Assembly: GCA_964270895.1 (NCBI GenBank)
Contig: OZ185450.1
Length of the DNA stretch: 64,000 nucleotides
Source: Podarcis filfolensis
Lineage: Eukaryota
Strand: one strand, 5' to 3'
In this document: positions 25,361-37,435 of the stretch, piece after piece
Position numbering within the stretch: position 1 is the stretch's first letter
Layout of the letters: the number at the start of each line of letters is the position of its first letter
The notes under the pieces: model-generated
Database searches by the model: none
Seen by the model: only the letters and a program-made list of their open reading frames with translations
Told to the model about the DNA's origin: nothing
Translations under genes and position numbers: made by a program

Positions 25361-25570
25361 TAGTAAATAGTAAAAAAAAAAAACCATAAAAAACAAACAT
25401 ACCTTTAGACATGTATTTATTTATCTACCACCCTTTGCACAAGCCACAGGCTTTTGCAACAGACTTTTTACGACGAAACAAAACAGCATAAAATGAATGC
25501 ATAAAATCTGTTCTTTAACAAGCACAGTCTTTAAAATACACAGCACAGCAACTCACCAAATGACGATTAC

Positions 25571-26214
25571 TGTCTCTCAGCGCCTTTGGGCACAGACCTG
25601 GGACAGCAGACTCTGGAGGAAGATGGTGAGGCAGATGGAGGGGAATGGGGAGAGGAGGTTGAGACAGCAGAGGGAAGCCTGTCTGAGGAAAGCCCTTCCC
25701 CGTCAGATGGCCATATTGGAACAGAAGTCCCAGCATCTTCTTCCCGCCCTGTTGGGGAAGGTGTTCTGTCAGAGGCTGGAGAGAGCTCAGAGCTGTGGAT
25801 GGGTGGCACTGATCAGGATTCAGGCAAGGAGATGGGTCTGTTGTTGTCTCCTAGACCTAGGCAATGCTTTCTCCAGTGGGAACAGACACACCCACCCTGA
25901 CAGAGTGTGCTTCTGCAGATTAGGTGATCTTGCAAGGCTAACTGTGATAAGTCAGACGTGTGGCCTACCTTGGCTATAAAGCTTGCTTGGTGGGCATGAG
26001 AACTTAATGACTCACACCTTGTTTTGAACTTTATGCCCTGATCTTGAACATTGGATTATGGCCTTGCTCCTATCCCGGTTTGCTCCTCCACCATATTTGT
26101 AGGATCTTTGAGGCTGAGTTAGCTCTTGCCCTCTGTATCATACTCTGCTTTAATAAAGGTCTTCTCTTAGGAAGAGCCGCTGCTCTCGTGTTTGCTGCTG
26201 TGGGAGCCAGAACA
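25571..26214 (+). mobile_element. Solo LTR (superfamily uncertain)
   Basis: Starts TG and ends CA; flanked by attac/attat; GA-rich 5' part, ctataaa at ~25974, aataaa at ~26152; no internal gag/pol. Confidence 0.65.
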
Positions 26215-26344
26215 ATTATTAATAGCAGCAGCAGCAGCAACAACAACAAATCCATTTGCTTACTCCGGTTTCTTTCCCTCCAAACATCCGTCGAAAAAGG
26301 TGTGCAGTTCAGCACAGCCTAATGCAAAGAGTGGCTGAGTCACC

Positions 26345-26570
26345 GATTGTTAAGAGACCACAATTCCCATCACAGAGCTAAACTTCTGAGAGTGGTTTAG
26401 CAGCCAGTCCTTCTTTCCAGGGAACTCTGGGAATTGCAGCTCTGAGAGGGAAATAGTAACAACTCTCATCACCCTGAACAAACTGCAGTTCCCAGAATTC
26501 TTTGGGGGAAGCCATGGTTGTTTGAAGTAGTGGGATACTGCTTTAAATGTCTAATGCCAACGGGGCCTTA
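26345..26570. repeat. Non-autonomous MITE-like repeat
   Basis: caattcccatc..gggaactctgggaattgcagctc..aactgcagttcccagaattctttggggg; a related copy lies at 55690-55840. Confidence 0.5.
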
Positions 26571-26924
26571 GAGAGAGCAGGGGACACCAAATACTCTAAA
26601 CATATGCATTTCCTCCCTAGTTTCAACCTAAACATGTGTAGTGTGTGTTTCTGTGCATGTATACATGCACACACCTGCACACACATTACACCAGAGATAG
26701 ACAATGCCGTGCCCTATAGATGTTGTGGGCTGCAGTTCTCATAAGCCCTTACCATTGACTATGCTGGCTGGTCCAATAACATCTAAAGGATAACATGTTT
26801 GGTACCCCTCCAAACTAGTCCTTATTTCTCAATCTTGTTGTAGTTGCTTTTCTTCCCGTATTGAATTCATGTTCCATTAATTAAATCCCTCCTTAGATTC
26901 CTCTGAACCCTTCAGACCAAGTAA

Positions 26925-26926
<2 letters not shown>

Positions 26927-26958
<32 letters not shown>
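26927..26958. repeat. (TTA)n microsatellite
   Basis: Read directly. Confidence 0.95.
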
Positions 26959-26959
<1 letters not shown>

Positions 26960-28348
26960 AAATATTTTTTCAGACCTATTAAATTCTAAAAGCTCAGATG
27001 ACCAGAAGCTCAAGAAAGTGAGAACCCTGATTCCATAGGCCTGAATGGGCAATGTATTAACTGGGAAACATGGAGAAATTTTGTAACACTGATGGAAGTT
27101 CTATGAAATTTCTACCTTCTTCTTTTTTTGCCACATTCTTGGCCTTATTCCAGATCTCAGAAATTCTAAAGGCACACCAGTCATTCCTTGTACTTTTTGC
27201 TTTGCTTTCTAGAGAGCTGTTCATCCATATCTGAGGGCTCTCCTTTATCTATTATTTATAATTGCTCATCATCGAAGTGGTGCATCTTCCTTAAGAGGTC
27301 TTCTTTACAAAAGGTCTAGTGAAAACATGCACATGTTCACACTTTTACCCATTGATTTCATATGTGGCAAAATTCAACAAAGCGGAGAACTTTGCAGTGG
27401 CATGTTTAGCTTAAACCTGCTCCTTACATTCGGCGGGTATGAATCTCTTCCCAAAGTTCAACTGGAAGTGAATAAGAAATTGTATGATTAAGAAGATTGT
27501 CTCCGAAGCCTGTCTGATGTCTTCCTCTTGTGTCTGGACAGGAATGGTATAACCAAATAAAGATCCACATTCTTTAGTGAAAGAACAGACTTTGCTAATA
27601 GCATATAGGATTATAAAGAGACAATGAAGAGGAAAGTTGCTAGTGATTTTGTCAAGAATAATTAGATGGTTATTTTCTGCACACGCACCATCATTTTGCT
27701 TGCTTAGGAACAAAACCAATACTACCAAAGATTAGGCCAATGACCCATTGGCTTTTTATCTAAGGTCTTGGCAGCAAGCCGCTTCAAAAACACCATCAAG
27801 GGTTGCTAGAGATCATCCTTCCTACAAAAGATTTTTCTTCCTGACTTCCATCAATTACTCATTGGCCAAGGCACTGAAGCATGATGGTTTATAGCTCTTC
27901 TGACATTTCCCCCCCGTTATCCTATGTAATGTAATTATCAATGTTCTCATTAGCTATATAAATGCCTAATCCTTTCTTTGAATTCTGCTAAGCTCTTGGT
28001 CTCAATGATATCTAGTGGTGGCAAGGTTAATTATGTGTTGTGTATGAAAGGGAAACTCATTGTATCAGCCTCAAAAGTGCTGTCTTTCCATTTCTTTCCA
28101 TCGTCTTTGTTCTAGCATTAAATAGGAGTTGGTTAGGTTTGTCCTTGCCAAAGCATATCTTTTGGGTGTTTATGCGATGAACAATATGCTGATCCATTGA
28201 TGCGGACTTTGAAAATATATCACTCATAGTGAGTAAAATGGCTGCCTCTGTGTGTGGGGGGGGGGGAGGAAGTGGTGGTGAACATTCAGAGAAAAATGTG
28301 CAAAACTGCCTTTTTTCTGTGAGAGGGGAGAAAAATATCAGGAATGTA

Positions 28349-29023
28349 CCGTACTTTTCCGTGTATAACACGCCCCCATGTATTGGGGACTTAAATTTCA
28401 GAAAATGGGGGGAGATGGCAAAAAATTGTTGAGCTTTTTTGGGGGGAGGATTGCCCACAGTTGTGCTTTTTTGGGGAGGAGGGATTACCAAGGGTTGTTT
28501 TGAGCTTTTTTAAGGGGAAATGATGAAAATTGCTCACCCTCACACGTCGCAAAATCCGCCTCCCGTCTGTCCCCTCACCACCAGAAGCTGCCAATCACCC
28601 TCCCAATTGCCGCAGTGTCAGCCAATCAACACCACACATTTACGCACCAACCAATAACATGCACAAGAGCTGCTGACAGCCGCGGCAGCAACCAATCAAA
28701 CACCCACCCTATGCACTACCCATGTATGAGACGACCACCACTTTTTAGCATGCTTTTTAAGGGGGGGGGGATGAGTCTTATACAGTGGTACCTTGGGTTA
28801 AGAACCTAATGGAGGTCCATTCTTAACCTGAAACTGTTCTTAACCTGAAGCACCACTTTAGCTAATGGGACCTCCCGCCGCCGCCGCACAATTTCTGTTC
28901 TCATCCTGAAGCAAAGTTCTTAACCTGAGGTACTACTTCTGGGTTAGCGAAATCTGTAACCTGAAGCGTATGTAACCTGAAGTGTCTGTAACCTGAGGTA
29001 CCACTGTACGTGGAAAAGTATGG
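28349..29023. mobile_element. Tc1/mariner (Tc2-like) non-autonomous element
   Basis: TA|ccgtacttttccgtgtataacacg ... gagtcttata[MITE]cgtggaaaagtatgg|TA; TIRs and TA TSD readable once the nested MITE is removed. Confidence 0.75.
28783..29006. mobile_element. Tigger-like Tc1/mariner MITE
   Basis: TA|cagtggtacct ... aggtaccactg|TA. Confidence 0.9.
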
Positions 29024-29049
29024 TAATCAGAAAAATGTCTCCTGGTAAA

Positions 29050-29345
29050 TTTAAGAACCTTAGAAGAGCCTGCTGGATCAAGTCAATGGCCCATCATCCT
29101 GCTCTCACAGTGGCCAACCAGATCCCTGAGGGAGAGCAGCATGCAGGATTTGAGCACAAGATCCCTCTCCCCTCCTGTAGTTTCCAACAGCTCATGTGTT
29201 TCAGAAGCATTACGCCTCCAACTATGGAAGCAGAGCATAGGCATTGCCTAATCCTTTTTAAAAACCATTTAGGTTGGTTGCCATCACCGCCTCCTGTGGG
29301 AGAGAGTTCCATAGATTAACTATGTACTGTGTGAAAAAGTACTAA
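29050..29345 (-). mobile_element. CR1 3' fragment
   Basis: agaagagcctgctggatcaagtcaatggccc..gagttccatagattaactatg..gtgaaaaagtac. Confidence 0.8.
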
Positions 29346-30224
29346 ACGCTGTAGAACGCAAACCCTTTCCCCGATAACCGTGACAGCTTTCTTCCTCTGC
29401 CACTCACTGCACCCATCAGATAAATTAATACTACTTCTTTTTAAAGTAAAGCTGTTCTGAAAATTAAGTGAATGACTCCATTAAAAGCTGCCTCTTAATT
29501 GTTGTTTAATACAAGTTGAATTTCTGAGCCATTTAAGTGAAAAATGATGGTTTTTGTCAGCAAGGAAAATCTAGTTGGGGGGGTGGGTGGATCTCCCTGT
29601 GGGACATAATCTCATTTTATTTTTTTAGAAAAAAAGGTGAAAAGGGAGAAAACATTCACCCCCTTAAACTCAGATCTGGTGTTTGAAGTAATAAGATAAT
29701 ATTTCATACATGTGAGCTTTCATTGGTACTTCACCAAACTGAACAAGATTGAGATCTTCAAGATTATAAATGTCAAGTCAATTGAATAGGAAAGCCATAT
29801 CCTGACTTAATAGCTTGGGGAAATTTTCCTGGTCTCATATCTATTTTCCTTCTGGAAAAAATAATAATTAAGTAAGACAATGCAGATTCATTATGTGGAC
29901 AAATCTTAACATCACACTGTTTACTATATTTTGCTTCGTACTGACTGTGTGTAGACTCATAAATCTCATGATTAAAAAGCATGGGACATCAAGGGAGGGT
30001 GGAGAAAAACCTTGCATATTGTGGGAAGCTCTCTGTTGAAGATGCACCAAATACATCAGAATGTAATGGATATAATTATTATTTTAACCAAGGAGGATTC
30101 TTATCTGGCAAATGGTTGTCCTCTTTTGAAAGAGTTGAGAGTGAAGTGAGAATTAAACATGATGCTACTCTAGTTAAGCATTGCATGCATATTATTAGCA
30201 ACTTTTATTATTGTGATTATGATT

Positions 30225-30390
30225 AATTGCATTTGTATCCCACCTTTTCCTCCAAGGAGCTCAAAGTTTCATGCATGGTTCTCCCCTTCCTCACTCAATC
30301 TTCTCTTCAACCCTTTGAGGTAGGTCAGTCTGAGAGGCAGTGACAGCCCCACACATCATTTCCAGTGCAGGAGGGAAAGAGTCTGAACCC
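30225..30390 (-). mobile_element. CORE-SINE fragment
   Basis: gtatcccaccttttcctccaaggagctcaa..aaccctttgaggtagg..ctgagag is the reverse complement of the 25130-25360 3' half. Confidence 0.65.
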
Positions 30391-31849
30391 GCTCACATTT
30401 ATTTTATTTTATTGTATTGCATCTGATGCTCTGAAACCTGTGGATGCTCATCTGCAAAAGCATTAATTCTTTATTATTCTTATTTTGCTTGGGGAGCAAA
30501 ACAACCACATTATTTTGTGGTGCAACATCCTACGCTTTCTCACCGTAGCATCTTAGACCGTATTTTCCTAACACATCAGCAAGTCAACCCGCTAGATGCT
30601 TAACAGTCCCATAAATGTGATGGCACTGAGTGTAATCCACACTGACTGCATTTTTGAAAAGACAGCATCCAAATCAACACTCTCCTAGTCCTCCCACAAC
30701 ACTCTTTATGCTATTCGCCACGTGTGTGAGAGAGCCAGCTATGGATGGAGTACTCCAGTGGGCAATTATGGGTGGTCTCTGTGGCCTTTTGGAAGTGAAA
30801 CAGTGGCAGCGGATGGACTCCATTAAAGCCATGCAGAAAACGTGTGTTCGTTGTAAGCATTTTATTCTGCTAATGCTATTAACCAGTGTTGCATGAATGA
30901 TGCTCCCAGAGGGAGTGCCGGTTGGGAAACCCTAACTTCCATTTCAATTTGGCATGTGGCTTTCAGTCGGAGCGGGGAACCTCTGACATGGGGTTCAGAT
31001 TTGGCTCTCTTTGAGCCTGCCTATTCAGCCCCGGGAATTCTGCTCAGACTACATCACATGCTCAAGCTAGCCCTCCTTTCCCCCAGGCAGCATCCTACAC
31101 TGGCCCACCTCCACACCCTCCTGCAATGGTTTTACACATTGACTGAGATGTGTCTTTGATATCTGGCAATGTCGCTTGCTTGCTTGCTTGCTTGCTTGGA
31201 TGGAGGTGTGTGTGTGTGTGTGTGTGTTTAGAAATCTCTTCTTTTGCAAGCCTGCTATGTAGCCTACCAGACAAAACCAAGAACCACATTTGGTGCTCCT
31301 CCTATTGTTGGCTCTGGAATTTTACCCACAAGGGTTGGTGGCCCTCAGATTGAACTGGGTCCCTCAATCTTTGCTTTCAACAAGGTCTCCCAGGGTAAGA
31401 GACCGGGAGAAGAAGTAGGCTCCCAGGTGGGAGATGGGAGAGTGTGTGGATAAATGACAAGATATCTATGATATAAATATGGTAAAGGGCCCTACAGGTA
31501 TTTTTATTTCCCCTTTTTCTCTCTTTTTTGTTTTTTTCTCTTGCTTTTTCATCTTCGGGTTTGTTTGTTTTCAAAAAATATTCTGGTTCTGTAGACTAGT
31601 TTGTTTCTTATTTTATCTCAAACATTATCAGGAACACACACACACGCACACTGCTTTCAACAAACACACAGATGAAAGAGACTTTAAAAAGCCATTGCAA
31701 AGTAAATTAAACTTCTGCAAATGAGGGCCATTCCTGTAGCTTCCTACCCTCTTTCCATTCACTCTGAGAGGTGGAGGAATTTGCAAATGGCAGGAGGATA
31801 GGGCTTGGTCACCCTCCAGGCCAGTCTCCTGTCTTCCCCAAGACTGGAG

Positions 31850-31970
31850 AGAGCTGCTCTACTCATGTCCTGCTTGTGGACTTCCTACAGGCAATGGTCA
31901 ATGAGAGAACAGAATGCTAGACCAAACTGACCTTTTGGTTGGCTCCAGCAGGGTTCTTCGTATGTTCTTA
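31850..31970 (+). mobile_element. CR1 3' tail
   Basis: gagaacagaatgctagaccaaactgacctttt..ctccagcagggttcttcgtatgttctta. Confidence 0.6.
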
Positions 31971-33966
31971 CAACTCAGCAAAGATCTATGTTTTGGAACT
32001 TCATCACTGGGCAACCAGGAACTGGTAGTATTTACATATGTTCTCCAGAAAAGAGCCTCTGACTCACAGGGGATTTAAAGTGAATCTGGAGGGTCGGTGT
32101 GAGATTAAATGTCTGAAAATTTTCAAAGGAAGCCAAGGCAGACTTACACAGCTGGTTGGACTAAGAGAAAATCACTTCTTTCTCCTATAGTCATCCTTTG
32201 CTGTTCCTTGCGTTACAGTGGCTTTCAACCTAGTTGTGTGTTTTTTTGGACTTTCACTCACACAACACATAACCAGCTCCCAATTCTGGTACACACAGAA
32301 GCCATTCAGTACCGTTTTTAGCAACAGAAGGTACGTGATTGAGCAAGAAGCAGATGGGGAATCATTACACAACAGGCATCCCATCACTTTGAATTAAGGC
32401 AGGAAGTTTTAAAAGCTGCCCTGTACTGGCCTGTGATGGGGTGAAATGGGATCAGGCAATTATAGGCAGAAGGAATCCTGTTTTAACACAAGGACTGGGT
32501 TCCACAATCAATTCCAGCTCTGTGATTCTATCCTGAGACTTGAGGAAGCTCTACATTTCAATAAGAGGAAACATTCCCATTGTTTCACTTTTGCTTTGTT
32601 TCTCCTCTATTCTTAAGTGGTGATTTTGAATAATACTGGTCGGCTTGTGAACCTCCTTTTAATATGAAATCAAAGCAACAACTGCATTTTATATTAGATG
32701 GTGGCCAATAAGTGATTAGTGCTAGGAGAGTGTGAATTCCTCTGTGTCCAGGTCCTAGGTGATTACTATGGGGTCCAGGTCAGTCTGCCCAGAGAACTGT
32801 CAAATAAAAATTTCATCTCTCTTGGATGAAGAATTAACGGTAAGCTTAGTGCAAAGACAGAATGTAACCTATTGGCATGCAGTTCCTAAGGAGTGTATTC
32901 TTTGGGAAGAAAAATGGTTCTCCTCCCTTTCCCTGCATGGTTATTCTGTTTTATTTTTGTAGTTCCTTTGATGACCATTTGATGAATGCTTTTACATCTG
33001 AGATTTTTGATAGTGGCTTTGTATCTCTGTACATCTTTGCCAGGAGTAGGGCAGTGAGGTTGATTCAAGCAAATAGAAGATTCTGTGCCCACCCTTCCTG
33101 GTAAACCATGTGAGAGATCAGAGGCAACAGCAACTGAGCTCTTGCAGGTATTCATCTCCTGCCCACCCTGCAGGCTGCACTTCAGGTGTGTGGAGGAATT
33201 CATAATATCTCTTTTCCACAGGCGGCTACCCGAAACTATCGGCGATGGGTTGTCAGATTTCTTGCTTAACAATTCCCCTCCCTCCTTCTTAGAAGTAGAG
33301 TAGGGTGGGGTGAGTGGGTGGGTGGGAGAGAGCTGAGGAAATAATCTTTTTACATTTCAATCTGCGTCATTTTCAAGCAGGCCGATAAGCGGAAGCTGAC
33401 ATTTCTATAACCCGCCTTATCTCTAATTGACTTAACACAGAGGCAGGCTCTAATCCTCGTGTGCACAGGAGCCTTGGAATGAGGAAGATGAGGGCAATTG
33501 ATTTCCAGCTTTTTAATTAAGAGCCTGTTGTTTCTTAAAAGAAAAAGAAAAGAGCAATGCAGAACGGCATGGGTGGAGAGGCTGGCAGTGTGTTTGTATT
33601 CCCAGGTAGGCTTCCCACCTTGTTCATTGAGCTACTTCCTGACAGATGGACTGGCACTGCAGATGATTGCAAGAACTTCACTTCCATTTAATAGGGAATC
33701 AAACCTTTTCACTTTTGAGGTCCACTTGGAATTCCCAATGTGTCTGGAAGACCATTTCCCCCAAGACCTTGGGACAGATAGATCTGTCATAAAAACCTAA
33801 GTACACAAAAGAGCCCTGCTGGACCAGTTCAGTGGCCTGCCTTCTCCAGCATCCTGTTCTCACAGTGGCCAACCAGATGCCTTCTATGGAAAACCTGCAA
33901 ACAAGACATAAACACAGGAGAACACTTATTTCCTGTGGTTTCCATCAACTGGCATTCAGAAGTATT

Positions 33967-34569
33967 TTTTTTTATAAGATATTTATTTGAATTTTCCATT
34001 TTATACAAACAAAGAAAAAATTAAAAAGAAAAAAATAATAAAAACACATAAAGTTCATAACTTATTTTTCAATAACATATTTCCCTGACCTCCTCATGCC
34101 TCCCCTTCTTGTATTCCAGTTCAAATTGTTTATCCAGCAAATCCTTATCTCTAGCATTACAGTTAAAAAACCCCTTATTTTCTATCCATCTTCTTAAATT
34201 ATTGTAGCTTAAACTTTTACTTATATACAAAGAAAAAAGAACCATTTTTTCATATTCTTTTGTACCATTACAGCTAGAAACCACTTAATTTCAATCCAAC
34301 ATCACTCAACATTCATTAATATTGCAGTGTTTTTGTAAGTAGTCCTTGAATTTCTTCCATTCTTCTTCTGCCGACTCTTCTCCCTGGTCACGGATTCTGC
34401 CAGTCATTTCTGCCAATCCCATAAAGTCAATCAACTTCGTCTGCCATTCTTCCAGAGTGGGTAGATCTTGCGTCTTCCAATACTTTGCGATGAGTATTCT
34501 TGCTGCTGTTGTAGCATACATAAAGAAAGTTCTATCCTTTTTTAACACCAATTGGCTGACCATCCCAAT
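33967..34569 (-). mobile_element. 5'-truncated L1 (ORF2 C-terminus, 3'UTR, polyA)
   Basis: ORF 34306-34575 FMYATTAARILIAKYWKTQDLPTLEEWQTKL..EEEWKKFKDYL; T-run at ~33965-33973; 17-bp TSD tggcattcagaagtatt at 33950-33966 and 34570-34586. Confidence 0.9.
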
Positions 34570-34654
34570 TGGCATTCAGAAGTATTGCTGCCCCCAGCTG
34601 TGGAGGTAGACCATATCCATTATGGCTATCGACCATCAATAGCCTTCTCCCCCA

Positions 34655-35130
34655 TGAAAATTATTTATTTATTTATTTACATGCCCAGCTGCTCTGGGCG
34701 GCTTCCAACAAAAGATTAAAAATACAATAAAACATCAAAGATTAAAAAAAACCTCCCTAAACAGGGCTGCCTTCAGATGTCTTCTAAAAGTCGGATAGTT
34801 GTTTATTCCCTTGACATCTGATGGGAGGGCATTCCACAGGGAGGGCGCCACCACTGAGAAGGCCCTCTGTCTGGTTCCCTGTAATCTCACTTCTCGCAGC
34901 GAGGGAACCATCAGAAGGCCCTCAGCGCTGGACCTCAGTGTCCGGGCTGAACGATGGGGGTGGAGATGCTCCTTCAGGTATACAGGACCGAGGCCATTTA
35001 GGGCTTTAAAGGTCAGCACCAACACTTTGAATTGTGCTTGGAAACGTACTGGGAGCCAATGTAGTTCTTTCAGGACCAGTGTTATGTAGTCTCAGCAGCC
35101 ACTCCCAGTCACCAGTCTAGCTGCTGCATT
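34655..35130 (-). mobile_element. L2 LINE 3' end
   Basis: ORF 34735-35025 LTFKALNGLGPVYL..RTLRS..RAFSVVAPSLWNALP..FRRHLKAALF (L2 ORF2 C-terminus); (taaa)n tail. Confidence 0.9.
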
Positions 35131-35264
35131 ATTGTCTAAACCTCTTTTAAAGCCATATAGATTGGTGGCCATCACTGTCTTGTGGGAGAGAGTTCCACAG
35201 TTTAACCATGCTGTATGAAGTTCTTTCTTTTATCTGTCCTGAATCTTCCAACATTCAGTTGTTA

Positions 35265-35665
35265 GGTTTGGTTTCTCATTTCACACACTCACACAGCATC
35301 TTATATTCAGCTCTTTGCATTTGCGCAGCAATACGTGGATTTCTTTTTAAGAATATATATAGAAATGAAATAAAATCCTCATGAAAATTCATCAGCATTT
35401 GTGTGTTCCTTTTTCGCCTTTTAAAAACATCTCTTTGCAATTTGGACTAATGCACACATTCTTTTGCAAGCAATTTCCCCTGATATAATCTACTGCTGTA
35501 TGCTATGTTCACTGATATATGTGTTTTCATGAACAATTTTCCTTAACGTATACATTTTTGTAAGTATTGTTTCATTGTGGAACTGAATGGGAGGAAAAAC
35601 CCCCACTATGAAAGTGTAGATTTAGATGGATAGCTGTGTATTGGTTCACACGTTGGACCAAACAT
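35265..35665. repeat. AT-rich dispersed repeat family A
   Basis: aaattcatcagcattt(g/t)tg shared with 42660-42690. Confidence 0.5.
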
Positions 35666-35824
35666 TGTGCCTTAGGCAGCTTCTCATCGCAATGCAAACA
35701 AAAGCAAATTCCCCTTCCATCCCCATCTATGCCTGACATATGTTATATGCGGGGCTGATACAGCCACAGCTGTCAATGACAGGTGTTGCAGTGTGCTCCT
35801 GAGCGTTCCTCTGCGAGCAGGGCT

Positions 35825-36420
35825 TAAGAATGTAGGAGCCTGCTGGATCAGGCCAATGAACCACCTAGTCCAGCATTCTGTTCTCACAGTGCCTCTGGGA
35901 AGCCCTGTAGGATCTGAACACAAGAACGCCCTTCCCTCCTCTGGTTTCCAGCAACTGATATTCAGAAGCTTTCTGCTTCTGACTGTGGAGGCAGAGCATA
36001 GATGTCATGGCTAGCAGCCATCAATAGTTTTATCCTCCATGAATTTGTCTAATCCTCTTTTAAAAACATCCAAGTTGGTGGCCAATGATGCCTCCTGCAT
36101 CAGTGAGTTCCATAGTTTAACTATGCACTGTGTGAAGAAGTGCTTATAGTGGTACCTCGGGTTAAGTACTTAATTCTTTACGGAGGTCCGTTCTTAACCT
36201 GAAACTGTTCTTAACCTGAAGCACCACTTTAGCTAATGGGACCTCCCGCCGCCGCCGCACAATTTCTGTTCTCATCCTGAAGCAAAGTTCTTAACCCGAG
36301 GTACTATTTCTGGGTTAGCGGAGTCTGTAACCTGAAGTGTCTGTAACCTGAAGCGTATGTAACCTGTGGTACCACTGTATTTGTATCCGTCTTGAATCTT
36401 CCAACATTCAGTTTCATCAA
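35825..36420 (-). mobile_element. CR1 3' fragment interrupted by a Tigger-like MITE
   Basis: CR1 consensus resumes (gaatcttccaacattcag) after 36377. Confidence 0.8.
36147..36377. mobile_element. Tigger-like MITE
   Basis: TA|tagtggtacctcggg ... ggtaccactg|TA; close relative of 28783-29006. Confidence 0.9.
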
Positions 36421-36440
36421 CAAGCTTATAATGGATCTTT

Positions 36441-36476
<36 letters not shown>

Positions 36477-36514
36477 TCCTTCCTTCCTTCCTTCCTTCCT
36501 TCCTTCCTTCCTTC
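36441..36514. repeat. Compound (TTTC)n(TTCC)n microsatellite
   Basis: Read directly. Confidence 0.95.
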
Positions 36515-37435
36515 CTCTCTCTTCTAGCTCTCCTAGATATTCAAATTAGTAGTGTTTGTTTCAATCACTAGGGAGCCCATATGGGCGAGGGCTCTTCAAA
36601 CTCCCTCTTTTTGGTATTAACATATTGCAAACATGTTAACTAAATCATGAATAAATCCATTTTAGACACACTGAATTCCGCAAAGCCTGTGGCTGGTCAC
36701 TGCTGGAAACAGCAACGATCCAGCAGAGCTCTTCTTATGTTCTGATGAATAACAAATATCTAATGTAAACCTCCCCAGGTTACTGTCACATTTCTAATAG
36801 ACTGTTAATAGTATGAACGTATTAAGAAGACCCTGTTCCTTGAAAGTGCATGTCGAGTTCTTATCATCTCAGTCCTGATGTAAAATAAACTAGTCTTGTT
36901 TTCTTCATATGGTGTGTCAGTTCCTTCAGACCTGAAGGAACAAAGAATCGAGCTCAGGAGATTCTTAGACAAGTGACAGCAATTGTACTATCCAATTCCT
37001 TTTGGTTTTTGTTGTGATTGAAGGACTCGCCTCTCCTCAGTGAGCAGGGCTACTCTGCAAGTACAATTATTTGTGTACAAGTTGAGAGGGACATCCATTT
37101 GCATCTGGAAGTAACACCTCTGTATTTCTCCATACGCTCATATGCATATATACATGGTTCACAAATGGCATTCTTATATGCCACCCCAAGCTCCAAGAGA
37201 CTCCAGGGCTCCCAGGCGCTTATGCAGATTTTGCTTCCCTTAGAATGAAGGTCAGCAGAGATTGTTGTGTTTTCAGTATATATGGTTTTATTTACACATA
37301 TACACAACCTGAACATAAAAAGGATGAAATCGCAGCATCAGCACCTGAAAAGATTCTGCTTCTCCATTAGTCACAGCTTTGGATCCAGCACAGAACAAAC
37401 ATGTCACTGTTTCTCCACCTTCCAAACTGTTTCCA

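Larger units (their letters stand above)
33800..35270 (-). mobile_element. CR1 3' fragment split by an L1 and an L2 insertion
   Basis: CR1 sequence is continuous when 33967-34586 (L1 plus one TSD copy) and ~34655-35130 are removed. Confidence 0.75.

Noticed and set aside
25497-25979. Overlapping 160-aa and acidic 104-aa ORFs
   Set aside because: They lie in the GA-rich part of the solo LTR, where low stop-codon density explains them
27411-27728. 105-aa minus-strand ORF and possible exon (..SLPVELWEEI.. F-box-like in another frame)
   Set aside because: Motif too short, no partner exons, no recognisable homology
36765-36971. Possible second solo LTR (TG..aataaa..CA)
   Set aside because: No target-site duplication and ambiguous ends
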